Origin: Capsulimonadales bacterium
Lineage (GTDB): Bacteria > Armatimonadota > Armatimonadia > Armatimonadales > Armatimonadaceae
Reading direction: 5' to 3'
Assembly: GCA_033762295.1 (NCBI GenBank)
Contig: JANRLW010000128.1
Span: 1 to 23,824 of the forward strand
Length of the DNA stretch: 23,824 bases
Shown: positions 1 to 9,800 of the stretch, in pieces
Layout of the letters: each line of letters opens with the position of its first letter
Position numbering within the stretch: position 1 is the stretch's first letter
Notes under the pieces: model-generated
Told to the model about the DNA's origin: nothing
Seen by the model: only the letters and a program-made list of their open reading frames with translations
Database searches by the model: none
Translations under genes and position numbers: made by a program

Positions 1-749
1 TGATAGGCGTCGATCACCCGTTCGACCTCGCCTTCGGCCGATATTCTGCCGCGATCGATCCAGACGGCACGGGTAGCTACCCGGCGAACCGCCTGCATAT
101 CGTGGGAAACCAGGAGAATGGTGCGGCGTTCCGCCTGAAACTCATGAATTTTCCGGTAGCACTTTTCCTGAAAAGCCTCGTCGCCGACGGCGAACGTCTC
201 GTCCATCAGGATGATTTCCGGGTCCGTGTGTACGGCGACGGCGAAACCGAGGCGGACTTTCATTCCGGAGGAGTAGGTCCGAACTTCGGACTGGAGGTAA
301 CGTGGCTCGGCGAAATCGGCGTAGGCGACGATATCGTCGTAACGTCGGGCCATTTCCGCGCGGGTGATTCCGAGGATCGACCCGTTGAAATAGACGTTGC
401 GTTCGCCGGTCAGGTCCGGGTGGAAGCCCGCGCCGACCTCCAGCAGGGGGGCGATTTTCGGGTGTCGCGGGTCCTGGGACGCCGGAAAAGCGATCGTGCC
501 GCTGTCCGGTTTCATGACGTTGGCGACCAGCGAGAGGAGCGTCGATTTACCGGAACCGTTTCGCCCGATGACTGCGAGTGTCTCGCCGACCGCGACGTCC
601 AGGTGGACATCCCGAAGGGCGTTGATGACCGCCGTCTCCGGACGGACGCCGCGCAGCAGTGCGCCGAGTTGCCCCTTGATCCCGGCGAAACGGCGTTCGA
701 CGACGCGAAAGGTCTTGTGAAGCCCCCGGATTTCGATCGCGTTCGGCAT
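1..749 (-). CDS. Polysaccharide/O-antigen ABC transporter ATP-binding subunit (Wzt/TagH-like), 3' end runs off the window
   Basis: Manual translation from ATG 749 gives MPNAIEIRGLHKTF..., with Walker A GRNGSGKST, GAGFHPDLTGERN, signature YSSGMKVRLGFA, Walker B IILMDE and H-loop VSHD. It starts 2 nt after the permease stop. Absent from the ORF track because there is no stop in the window. Confidence 0.93.
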   Translation of the reverse strand, partial: MPNAIEIRGLHKTFRVVERRFAGIKGQLGALLRGVRPETAVINALRDVHLDVAVGETLAVIGRNGSGKSTLLSLVANVMKPDSGTIAFPASQDPRHPKIAPLLEVGAGFHPDLTGERNVYFNGSILGITRAEMARRYDDIVAYADFAEPRYLQSEVRTYSSGMKVRLGFAVAVHTDPEIILMDETFAVGDEAFQEKCYRKIHEFQAERRTILLVSHDMQAVRRVATRAVWIDRGRISAEGEVERVIDAY

Positions 750-751
750 CG

Positions 752-1648
752 TTACTGTTGCTCCACAAACCGCCATTTCCGGCGATTGAAAAACCGGTAC
801 CCGCCAAAAAAGATGGCGAAGCAAAGGAGAATCGAGAGAAGGAAGTAGGGCCACGGAACGCCCTGATTGATGGTCACCGGTTCCGAGAGTCCGAAACGCC
901 CTTCTCCCATCTCCTGGGGGTGCAGCAGAAAACGCCGGTAACAGATCAGGATGACGCTGATCGGGTTGAGGAAGTAGAGTTGATGGACGAAGGCGGTGAC
1001 GGCCGGAGGGAGGGTGCGCATGACCGCGACCTGTTCGACGAAGTAGACGATGGGAACGGCGTACAGGAGCAGGTCCAGGAGAACGGCGGCGATAAATTTG
1101 GTGTCCTCGAAGAAGACGTTCAGGGCGGAAAGGTAGAAGGCGATACCACCGATCAGCAGGGTCTGCATGACGATCAGGATCGGCAGCAGGAAAATCTCGG
1201 CGGGAGGCAGGGACAACCGATGGGTGAGGAAGGAGTCGCGTCCGTAGAGGAAGACCAGATAGAGGCCAAGGACGCAAAGGGACAGCAGAAAGTGGCGCAG
1301 GTTGGCCAGGGTCGTGGCGAGGGGCAGTAATTCTCGCGGGAAGTAGACCTTCTTGACGAGTTCCATCTGCTTGGAGACGGAATCGGCGGCGTCCAGGACG
1401 CCGGTAAGAAAGAAGGTCCAGGGGAAGAAGGCGGTCAGGAGGTAGGCCGAATAGTCCTTGACGCCGTAGTTGAGAATGAGATCGAATACCGCCCAGAGCA
1501 CGATGGCCCGAATGATCGGATTGGCCAGCGACCAGGCGATTCCGAACCGGGAACCTTTGTAGCGAACGTCGAGTTCGCGTTGAACCAGATTTTGCAGGAG
1601 TTCTCGATAGCGCCAGACCTCCTGCGCCTCGGCAATCAGGGTATTCAC
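752..1648 (-). CDS. Polysaccharide ABC transporter permease (Wzm/TagG-like, ABC-2 type)
   Basis: N-terminus WRYRELLQNLVQRELDVRYKGSRFGIAWSLANP, motif LVKKVYFPRE, about 6 hydrophobic segments, coupled to the ATPase gene. GTG start. Confidence 0.92.
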   Translation of the reverse strand: MNTLIAEAQEVWRYRELLQNLVQRELDVRYKGSRFGIAWSLANPIIRAIVLWAVFDLILNYGVKDYSAYLLTAFFPWTFFLTGVLDAADSVSKQMELVKKVYFPRELLPLATTLANLRHFLLSLCVLGLYLVFLYGRDSFLTHRLSLPPAEIFLLPILIVMQTLLIGGIAFYLSALNVFFEDTKFIAAVLLDLLLYAVPIVYFVEQVAVMRTLPPAVTAFVHQLYFLNPISVILICYRRFLLHPQEMGEGRFGLSEPVTINQGVPWPYFLLSILLCFAIFFGGYRFFNRRKWRFVEQQ

Positions 1649-1774
1649 AGGGTTTCGCTCAGGGTTCCGCGAATGGGCGTTATCGGTGGTCGGTCATCTC
1701 CGAACGGGACCGACGCAACCGGAGGATATACCGTCTTCGTTACGGCGATTCGGGAGCGTCGGTTCCGGGGCAGG

Positions 1775-2017
1775 CTAACGTCGGGGCGGAAGATTGCTCG
1801 GCGGTTTGCGATCGGATTCGCCTTCCTCCTCGTCCCCCCGGGCCGGTTCCAGAAGTTTCAGCAGTTCATCACGCGGAATCAGCACTTTTCGTTTTCCAGC
1901 CACGCGGAAGGCTTTGAGCTTGCCCTGGCGGATATACGAACGAATACTGGACTGCGAAAGTTGTAAATAATTGGCGGCCTGTTCCACCGTCAGTAAGTCG
2001 CGGCTTTCCGCTTCCAT
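1775..2017 (-). CDS. Small excisionase-like (HTH_17/BldC-like) DNA-binding protein
   Basis: LLTVEQAANYLQLSQSSIRSYIRQGKLKAFRVAGKRKVLIPRDEL fits the Xis/MerR-like HTH pattern. ATG 2017 chosen because AGGAG lies upstream; the ORF track starts at 2068. Confidence 0.85.
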   Translation of the reverse strand: MEAESRDLLTVEQAANYLQLSQSSIRSYIRQGKLKAFRVAGKRKVLIPRDELLKLLEPARGDEEEGESDRKPPSNLPPRR

Positions 2018-2218
2018 GCTAGGCTGTCGGCTCCTATTCGTCGTCCGGCGTCGGGAAAAGGGCATCATCGGACCGCGTCCGGGTCCGAAGGAAACAGCCC
2101 CGACTTACTCGGTCGAAACATCGTAGGTCAATAATCATCCGGCAGAGAAGCGATCCGTACCTTCTCCGGTTCCGTGCTCCGTCGCTATCGGCAAAAACCC
2201 CTGCCTGATACCCTCGTG

Positions 2219-2248
2219 AGTATATCCCGGATTGTCGTTGACTGTCAA
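2219..2248 (-). promoter_or_regulatory. Putative sigma70 promoter for the HTH_17 gene
   Basis: Minus strand TTGACA (2248-2243), 18 nt spacer, TATACT (2224-2219). Confidence 0.6.
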
Positions 2249-2359
2249 GAAGTAGCGTCACTTCCCGTCAAACGCCCGAAACAACGAAAAAGCGTCATCG
2301 GTAAGAAAGAGCGTTACCGGGCATGGTTTTCGGGGAGGAATGGCTCGTTCGAAAAGGAT

Positions 2360-2388
2360 TTGACAAACGACGGCGCAGACTGTAAGGT
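2360..2388 (+). promoter_or_regulatory. Putative sigma70 promoter for the membrane protein/regulator operon
   Basis: TTGACA (2360-2365), 17 nt spacer, TAAGGT (2383-2388). Confidence 0.55.
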
Positions 2389-2399
2389 GAAGGAAAGAA

Positions 2400-2414
2400 C
2401 TTTGCAAAACAAAG
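2400..2414. promoter_or_regulatory. Putative operator palindrome CTTTG-N5-CAAAG
   Basis: Perfect 5-bp inverted repeat between the predicted -10 and the RBS (GAGG) of the operon encoding the winged-HTH regulator. Confidence 0.5.
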
Positions 2415-2428
2415 AGGACAACAGCACG

Positions 2429-3070
2429 ATGTATCAGCCGCAGCGTCCGGTATTCCGGGTCGTGACGTCGGCCAGCGAAGCCGAGGAGCATTTGCGGGTC
2501 ATTCGTCAGGCGATGGAGCGGTCGACGCGTCACTCGACACTGTCCGGGCTGTCGGGCGTGTTGATCGGCCTGCTCTGTCTGGGCGGCTGTGCTCTGACCT
2601 CTTCGGTCACCCAGTGGCCGCCGGTGCCGCAGGAGGCGCCGCTTTTCGTCGGTGTCTGGGCGGGCGTCCTTCTGATCGCTCTGCTGATCGACTACCTGCT
2701 GACGAAGCGCCGGGCGGCGCAGGTCGGCAAAACGGCGTTCTCGCCCCTCGGCCGCCATCTGGCGCGGGCCGCGGCTCCGGGATTGCTGACGGCGACCGCC
2801 CTGTCGTTGTTTTATCTCGTTCATCCGGACCTGATCGGCCCGTATATTTATGGTGTCTGGATGCTGTGTTATGCCGTTTCCCTCCTTTCCGTCGGGATGT
2901 TTTCCCTGAAGGAGGTGTCGGTACTGGGCTGGGCGTTTCTGGCGGCGGGAACGATCACCTTGCTGCTTCCGGTCGGCTGGTGGATCGGTCCGCGCGGTGT
3001 TATGGCGCTGACGTTCGGTGGTTTGCATATCGCGTACGGAATCCGGATGGGCTACAAGTACGGCTGGTAG
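2429..3070 (+). CDS. Polytopic membrane protein (about 6 TM), unknown function
   Basis: ATG 2429 with AGAGGA RBS; AEEHLRVIRQAMERS followed by hydrophobic segments and the C-terminal FGGLHIAYG. It sits 6 nt upstream of the regulator gene. Confidence 0.8.
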   Translation: MYQPQRPVFRVVTSASEAEEHLRVIRQAMERSTRHSTLSGLSGVLIGLLCLGGCALTSSVTQWPPVPQEAPLFVGVWAGVLLIALLIDYLLTKRRAAQVGKTAFSPLGRHLARAAAPGLLTATALSLFYLVHPDLIGPYIYGVWMLCYAVSLLSVGMFSLKEVSVLGWAFLAAGTITLLLPVGWWIGPRGVMALTFGGLHIAYGIRMGYKYGW

Positions 3071-3076
3071 AGGCTC

Positions 3077-3379
3077 ATGGCAACGGTACGTAAAATCGAC
3101 GCGCTCGACGATGTGATCCACCAGAAGGTCCGACTGGGGGTGATGTCCTCGTTGATGGCCTCCGGGGACGCGGATTTCAACTTTTTGAAGGCGGCTCTGG
3201 GGGTGTCCGACGGCAACCTGTCGACTCACCTGACGGTCCTCGAGGAGCATGGCTATATTTCGGTGCGCAAGGAGTTTGTCGGGCGCAAACCACGAACGAC
3301 CTATTCGCCGACGCCGCTCGGGCGGCAGGCGTTCGAAGCCTATGTCGCCGCCCTGGAAGCGATCGTCCGCGCCGGTTAG
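3077..3379 (+). CDS. Winged-HTH transcriptional regulator (MarR/ArsR-like, HTH_34 type)
   Basis: LDDVIHQKVRLGVMSSL...DFNFLK...SDGNLSTHLTVLEEHGYI...KEFVGRKPRTTY...GRQAFEAY matches this family pattern. GAGG RBS. Confidence 0.9.
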   Translation: MATVRKIDALDDVIHQKVRLGVMSSLMASGDADFNFLKAALGVSDGNLSTHLTVLEEHGYISVRKEFVGRKPRTTYSPTPLGRQAFEAYVAALEAIVRAG

Positions 3380-3382
3380 CCC

Positions 3383-3931
3383 TTACTCGTTACCCCGGTA
3401 TCCGTTGAAACGGTAGATGACGACGGAGGAGTCCTCTTTGTTCGGGGCGCGTTGCGCCTGAACCAGCACCATTTCATCCCCCCGACGGTAGTGATGGGTG
3501 GCTACGGGCAGGTTTTCCGAGTCGAAATCCGGGACGATCGAGTAGCCCCGTTCCTGCATTTTGGCATCGTACCAGGCGGCGATAAAGTAGGGCTGAGAGA
3601 ACGACTTGTAGGCGATGACCGAACTCTTCTCCGCGGGATAACTCAGGCGGATGGTGGTGGGCAGAACGATCCGGGTCTGAATCTTCGTCTGGATCTCGTC
3701 GTAAACGGCATCGTCAAAGGGAGGCACCCCCTGCATGGCGGTCAGGACGGCGGATTTATCGAGCGGTGTGGCGATCGCCACGCCCATGCTGAGCAGATAC
3801 AGGGCGACCAGCGATCCGACGAGGACGAGCAGAGCGGTACCGGCGATACCGGCATACCAACCGGGGGACCGTTTACGCGGTCCGGTGACGGGTGGTGCCG
3901 CAGCCAGGGTTGCGGGACTTCGGTAGGACAT
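3383..3931 (-). CDS. Hypothetical protein with a single N-terminal TM anchor
   Basis: 182 aa; hydrophobic segment [25 protein letters not shown]; starts 3 nt after the lon stop. Confidence 0.7.
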   Translation of the reverse strand: MSYRSPATLAAAPPVTGPRKRSPGWYAGIAGTALLVLVGSLVALYLLSMGVAIATPLDKSAVLTAMQGVPPFDDAVYDEIQTKIQTRIVLPTTIRLSYPAEKSSVIAYKSFSQPYFIAAWYDAKMQERGYSIVPDFDSENLPVATHHYRRGDEMVLVQAQRAPNKEDSSVVIYRFNGYRGNE

Positions 3932-3934
3932 GTT

Positions 3935-6385
3935 CTATGCTGCCTTCAGAAGAGCCAGTCGCAGCACCTCGTCGGCGTGGGAAACCAGTTCGAAACGCAG
4001 GCTTTCCCGGACGTCCGCCGGAATCTCCTCAAGGTCCTTCTCGTTTTCGGCAGGGAGAAGAACGCAGGTGATGCCGGCTCGGTGCGCGGCCAGTACCTTC
4101 TCTTTCACCCCACCGACCGGAAGTACCTTCCCGCGCAGGGTAATTTCTCCGGTCATGGCGACGTCCTTTCGGACCGGGAACCCGGAGAGGGCCGACGCGA
4201 GGGCGGTGGCGATCGTGATCCCGGCGGATGGTCCATCTTTCGGCACCGCTCCGGCGGGAACATGGATATGGATATCCCGGCCGATTCCGCTTTGTTCATC
4301 GACGCCCAGTCCGGTCAGTCGGGACCGTACGAATGTCCAGGCCGCCTGCGCCGATTCCTTCATGACGTCTCCGAGTTGTCCGGTGAGTGTTAAACGGCTA
4401 TCGGGTCCGGCGGACCGGTTGAGCATGACCTCGACCGAGACGATATCGCCGCCGGTTTCGGTATAAACCAGACCGGTGGCCGCGCCGACCTCGTCGTTCT
4501 CCTCGGCGACGCCCCACTGGTAACGCCGACCGCCCAGGTAGTCCGGAATATTCCGTTCGGTGATGACAAAGGGATCGGTGGCTCCGGTCGCCACTTTCCG
4601 GGCGATCTTCCGGCAGATCGCGCCGACCTGACGTTCGAGATTGCGTACACCGGCCTCGCGGGTGTATTCGCGGACCAGTCGGCGCAAGGCGTCCCTTTCG
4701 AACGTGATTCGTTCCGAGGTCAGGCCATGATTTTCGATCTGCTTCGGCGCGAGGTACCGTTCGGCGATCGCCAGTTTTTCCGCCTCGATGTACCCGGAGA
4801 AGTGGATTACCTCCAGACGGTCGCGCAAGGCCGACGGGATCGGGTCCAGCAGGTTGGCCGTGGTGATGAAAAGCACGTCGGAAAGGTCGAACGGCACCTC
4901 CAGATAGTGGTCGGAGAACTCGCTGTTCTGTTCCGGGTCCAGGGCTTCCAGCAGGGCGGAGGAGGGGTCTCCGCGGAAATCGGAGCCGAGTTTGTCGATC
5001 TCATCCAGAAGGAAGACGGGATTCTTGCATCCGCACTGCTTCATTGCCTGTATGATACGGCCGGGCATCGCTCCGACGTAGGTGCGTCGGTGGCCGCGGA
5101 TTTCCGCTTCGTCGCGAACGCCGCCGAGGGAGATGCGGATAAACTTCCGTCCGAGCGCCTTGGCGACCGACCGTCCGAGAGAGGTTTTGCCGACTCCCGG
5201 CGGACCGGCGAAGCAAAGGATCGGGCTTTTCAGCGTCCCCCCGGAAAGCTTCCGTACGGCCAGGAACTCAAGGATTCGCTCCTTGACCTTTTCAAGTCCG
5301 TAATGATCGGCTTCGAGGATATTTTCCGCCTCCGCCATATCCAGGCATTCCTCGGTCGACGCGGACCAGGGCATGGCGACGAGCCAGTCCAGGTAGTTGC
5401 GGATCACGCCGGATTCCGGGGAGGCGAGTGGGGTTTTTTCGAAGCGGTCCAGTTCCTTGTTGGCCCGCGCCCGGATCTCGTCGGGCATGCCGGCGGCGTG
5501 GATCTTCTGCCGGTATTCGGCGATCTCATCGCCCCGCTCATCGCGTTCGCCCAGTTCCTGCTGGATCGCCTTCATCTGTTCTCGCAGGATGAACTCCCGC
5601 TGATTGTCGCCCATTTCGGATTCGACACGGGACCGGATGTTTCGCTGGACATCCAGGATTTCCTGTTCGCGGTTCAGGACGGCGACGAGTTTTTCCAGGC
5701 GTTCGCGGACATTGGCGGTTTCGAGCAGATGCTGTTTCTGATCGACGCGGAGGTTGAGATAGGGAACGATGGTATCGGCGATCTGGTCGGCATCCGAGAG
5801 GTTCATTACCGAGACGAGCGATTCGGGCGGAATGCCTTTGCCCTCGGTCACAAGCCGTTCGAACAACTGGGTGACGACGCGAATGATCGCCTCGATTTCG
5901 ACGTCGCTGCCGCCCCGGATGATTCGAACGGAGTCGGTGCGGACCTCGAAATAGGGATCGGTACGTTCGAAACTCCGCAATCGGGCGCGAGGCCCCCCTT
6001 CCAGCATGACCCGGACGGTATTGTCGGGCATACGAAGGATTTGCATCACCTCGGCGATGATACCGACTTCATAGATATCCTCCGGGGTCGGGTCCTCGGT
6101 AATGACGTCCCGCTGCGCGGCAAGAAGAATATAGCGGTGGCTGCTCTCCATGGCGGCTTCGACGGCCCGGACGGACCGGTCTCGGCCGATAAAGAGGGGG
6201 AACAGCATGTGCGGGAAGTAGACGTTATCGCGAATCGGCACCAGAGGCAGTACGGGAGGCAGGGAGGATGCCTCGGCGACGGACCCGTTTTCAAACAGGG
6301 AATGCAACTCTTCCCCCGGCTCGAATCCGAGTTCCAGAGGTTCCGGCGGGGCGGGTGGAAGTTTCGTTTTGGGCGTTCGAGCCAC
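3935..6385 (-). CDS. lon: ATP-dependent protease La (Lon)
   Basis: LON N-domain ([15 protein letters not shown]), Walker [22 protein letters not shown], Walker B LLDEIDK, catalytic PKDGPSAG and GGVKEK. GTG 6385 with AGGAG RBS is preferred over the ORF-track start at 6652. Confidence 0.97.
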   Translation of the reverse strand: MARTPKTKLPPAPPEPLELGFEPGEELHSLFENGSVAEASSLPPVLPLVPIRDNVYFPHMLFPLFIGRDRSVRAVEAAMESSHRYILLAAQRDVITEDPTPEDIYEVGIIAEVMQILRMPDNTVRVMLEGGPRARLRSFERTDPYFEVRTDSVRIIRGGSDVEIEAIIRVVTQLFERLVTEGKGIPPESLVSVMNLSDADQIADTIVPYLNLRVDQKQHLLETANVRERLEKLVAVLNREQEILDVQRNIRSRVESEMGDNQREFILREQMKAIQQELGERDERGDEIAEYRQKIHAAGMPDEIRARANKELDRFEKTPLASPESGVIRNYLDWLVAMPWSASTEECLDMAEAENILEADHYGLEKVKERILEFLAVRKLSGGTLKSPILCFAGPPGVGKTSLGRSVAKALGRKFIRISLGGVRDEAEIRGHRRTYVGAMPGRIIQAMKQCGCKNPVFLLDEIDKLGSDFRGDPSSALLEALDPEQNSEFSDHYLEVPFDLSDVLFITTANLLDPIPSALRDRLEVIHFSGYIEAEKLAIAERYLAPKQIENHGLTSERITFERDALRRLVREYTREAGVRNLERQVGAICRKIARKVATGATDPFVITERNIPDYLGGRRYQWGVAEENDEVGAATGLVYTETGGDIVSVEVMLNRSAGPDSRLTLTGQLGDVMKESAQAAWTFVRSRLTGLGVDEQSGIGRDIHIHVPAGAVPKDGPSAGITIATALASALSGFPVRKDVAMTGEITLRGKVLPVGGVKEKVLAAHRAGITCVLLPAENEKDLEEIPADVRESLRFELVSHADEVLRLALLKAA

Positions 6386-6673
6386 GCGGTTCTTTCTCCT
6401 GACGCCGTATTCTACAACGTCCTCCGGAGGCCTGCTACTGGCGGAGACCGCGGAAGTGCCGGGAAGTACACCGGTCAAATGGCCGGTTTTCCGGAGGGCG
6501 GAACGGATTCCCGTACAAATGGCGGCCCGGTCAGGCGGGGCGCGTGGCAAATTTACCGGTTTGCGGAAGCAGGATTCCGGGCGGGCGATGAAGAACGGAG
6601 TGACGTTTGCGAAGGAGGGGAAAGAGGAGTTTCCCTGAGCGCGGTTTGACAAACGAATACCAACGTTAGCTTT

Positions 6674-6815
6674 GAGTGCGGCTTGCCGTGCTCGCTGCGA
6701 TGTTTCGTCGCGGCCGCTGTGAAGCCAACTTCACGCCACCGAACGCCGATTCTACTCAGCCCACCCGCGGGTGGGCCTACAGTGATCGTCGCCGGTCACC
6801 GGAGAGTTCGTAGCG
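6674..6815 (+). ncRNA. Putative structured leader or cis-acting RNA upstream of the 1143-aa gene
   Basis: Five hairpins (6674-6693, 6694-6714, 6719-6734, 6759-6776, 6782-6799) plus a 9-bp long-range pairing 6715-6723/6807-6815. Multiple G:U pairs favour the + strand. No family recognised with certainty. Confidence 0.5.
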
Positions 6816-9800
6816 TTGGACGATCGCCGACGGGAAACCCCTCCTTTTCCTCCGCTCTTTCCCCCGACCGGGAGCGTCGCCGGGGAATCGGGAGGCGTTT
6901 TTCCGATCGTGGACACATCATCTTTTTCCCCGCGCGATCCCGCTCGACGGGCGCAACTCCTGGAGTTCATCCGTACCACTCCCCTGGTTTTTGGCCACTG
7001 GCGACAGTTCAAATCGCTCTACAAAGCGACCGAGACCGCCCTGACAGCGCACTTTGACGAAGACACGGCCGAGCGGTTTGCCGAATTGGCGGCGCGCCTC
7101 GATACGGTCCCCTTCCAGACCTCGCGGCCCGACCCGCTCCTCGCGATGAACGGCGTCCACTACCTCACTCAGTTCGCCCTGAAGGAGAACCTGGCGTTCG
7201 CATTCCACCGGGACCGGCGCGGAAACAGGATCGATATCTTCGCCATCCGGCCGAACGATCCGCTGGCAACCGACAAACGGGGCGAGATTCGTCCGCATGA
7301 CGGTACGGACGCCTTTCTTTTCTGTGATCCGTACCTGGTGACGGTCGACGAGGCGTATCATTCGGACCAAGGTTCGATCACGATCTACGATGTCCGGGAT
7401 CCGGCCCAACCGACGAAAAAAGGCATCCTGCGCGGACCGTTCACTCAAAATACCGTCGGCCATTACCCGTTTCTCTTTTCCCTCACGTCCGGTGGCCGGA
7501 ACCGTTCGCCGGAACTGGTGATCGCCTCCCTTGCCGATCCCGATCACCCGGTGGAGATCCACAGGATGCGAAACGTCGATTCGGCGAGCGGACTTGCCGT
7601 ACTGAACCAGGGGCGGACTCTGATGGTCGCGACGGGCGGCCGGAACCTGTCATGGAACCGTCTGCCGAAACCGCCCGCCCTGCAATTCTATGATCTTTCC
7701 GATCCGTTCGATCCCCAGGCGGTCGGGAAAATCGACATTCGCGAAATGATCGGCGGTGAAGGCCACGGTTCCCAGGTTCACGTGCTGGTCCGATCGGCGA
7801 ACGGAAGGACCGGATACCGGATTATTGATGCCGCCGATCCCCGTCGCCCCGTGGAAGTGGGCGGACTGGAACTGACCGGCAACGGTTATTCGACCGCCAT
7901 AGCGGTTCGGGGGACGACAGCGTTTGTCAGCCTGGATCAGCATGGGACGTATATGGTCGATTTTTCGGAACCACGTCAACCGCGCCTCATCCGGCGATTG
8001 CCCGCCCCCCCGACCCGGACCCTGCAGATTGCGGGGGAGCATCTTTATGTCAGGAGCGGTAACGGAGTCGAGGTGTGGAACCCTGAGGGCGGACGCATCG
8101 GCATGCCGCCGTCCGACCTGACGATCGGTTATATGAAGCGGCGCGCCCGTCGCGCGCTTCGGAACATGGCGAAGGTCTCGTCGGACCGGTACGTGGAACT
8201 GGCGACCGCGATCCTGCGCCGTCTCGGCGACCGGGAGATCACCCCGGAAACGCACTGGATCGCGTTCGATATCCTGTACGGCAACGGCGAACGCTGGAAG
8301 CAGTCGTCGCACGGACGTGGGGCCTATGTGATGATCGGCGGACGAAAACGGATACGGAGGACCCGGGAGGAGCGTTTCCCGCAAGCCTGGTCCGCGCGCC
8401 CCGATCTGTTGAGGGAACTGTTGATCACACGGGTGCCACCGGCCGTTCAGGCGTTCGCTGCCCGGGTGTTGCTCTCCGCCGGGGAGCCGTTGCCCGCGAT
8501 CCCGGCTCCGGTTCTGGCCGCCTGGGTGGAGAGTGACTCTCCGCTGCTGGTGCCGTTCGCCGTTCGACGCCTGACCGAACAGTGGCAGAACGGCGACGTT
8601 CCATCGGGCCGGACCGCCGCGTACGCTTACCATCGGGCGACCCCGGCCCTTCGATCGGCGCTTCTGCCTCTGCCGGGAAAGGTCACTGACAAAGCGTGGC
8701 GGGACGCCTTTTCCTTGGCGCTGTTCGAACGCCTGACCTTCGGTCCGGGACCGGCCGGCCCGGCCACGGTGCGAAATGTCGCGACTGCCGCCTTGCTCGC
8801 CGATCGGTTTCCGAAGCGGATCGGACCGGATTTGGTCTTGCAGGTGGCCGGTCTACTGATGAGGAGCCGGAGGGGCGATCATTCTGACGCGGCGCGTCGT
8901 CTGGCATCGGGAGCGACCGTCCGTTCGCTTCCGTTATTGAACGCGCTTCTGGCGGTGCCGGAGGCACGGCGCGAACCCATACTGGCAGGTCTCGAGTCCG
9001 CCTTCTCCACGACGGCGTTCGACGGACCGACACTGCAACAGATGGTCATCAACGAACGGAACGTGTCGATCGCGCCGTTCGGATGGCGGATTATCGCGGC
9101 TTCGACGACCTCAATGGATGCAGTACGGACGATCTGGCGGGAACTGCTTGGCCGACCGACGGAAACCCCGGCGGTACGAGCGGCGATGGGATCGCCGTCC
9201 GCGCTCGATTTGCTCGCCCGTTCCGGAATCTCTCAGGCGGAGATCGGCGAGAGTTTGCGGACTCGACCGTTTTTGATGGCACTGTTGACGGCGGAAACTT
9301 TCGAACACATCGTGGAGTCGGCGGCGCCCGAATCGCTTTTCACGCTGACGGCGGCGATGGAGGACGAGGTCTGGGCGCGGCTCGGAGACGTCTGGCGTGT
9401 GCGGCTGGAGCGGGGGGAGGGGTTGGAGGGATTCTGGCTGGGACTTGATGCCGCACTTCGATCCGATGCGACCGGGCGGATCGCCGCCCGTCTGGCCGGG
9501 GACCCGCGTTTTATCCGGACGATCGCGCGAATCGGCCGGGAACGGACGGAGGCGTTACTGGCCGCCCGCGAACCGGCGATGGACGAACCGCTGTCCCGTT
9601 TCGTCGAGGCTCTGATCGGCGAGTTCCCCCGCGATTCCGGGACGCTGCTGATAACGGCGACCCACCTTTTACCGGGAGTTCGCGCCATCGGACTGCGACG
9701 GGTGAAAGAGGTCGGCATGTCCCTGCCGTTCGCCCTTCGTCTGATGGAATCCGGACTGCCGGAAAGCGTCGCGGAAGGCGAAGCCTTCTTTGCCGCCATT

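Noticed and set aside
102..1330. + strand ORFs 102-848 and 758-1330
   Set aside because: Antisense to the wzt/wzm-like genes, which carry clear motifs.
1775..2017. Prophage or integrative element implied by the excisionase-like gene
   Set aside because: No integrase, att repeats or phage genes are visible nearby.
4727..6649. 640-aa + strand ORF
   Set aside because: Antisense shadow of lon. High-GC codon bias removes stops on the opposite strand, and it has no recognisable motifs.
6386..6652. 89-aa N-terminal extension of Lon, or a CIRCE-type heat-shock element
   Set aside because: A good RBS precedes GTG 6385 and a TAGAAT -10 lies at 6414-6409. No TTAGCACTC-N9-GAGTGCTAA element was seen.
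6674..6815. CRISPR array, tRNA or intrinsic terminator explanation for the hairpin cluster
   Set aside because: The hairpins differ in sequence, there is no repeat-spacer periodicity, no cloverleaf or T-loop, and no U-tract.
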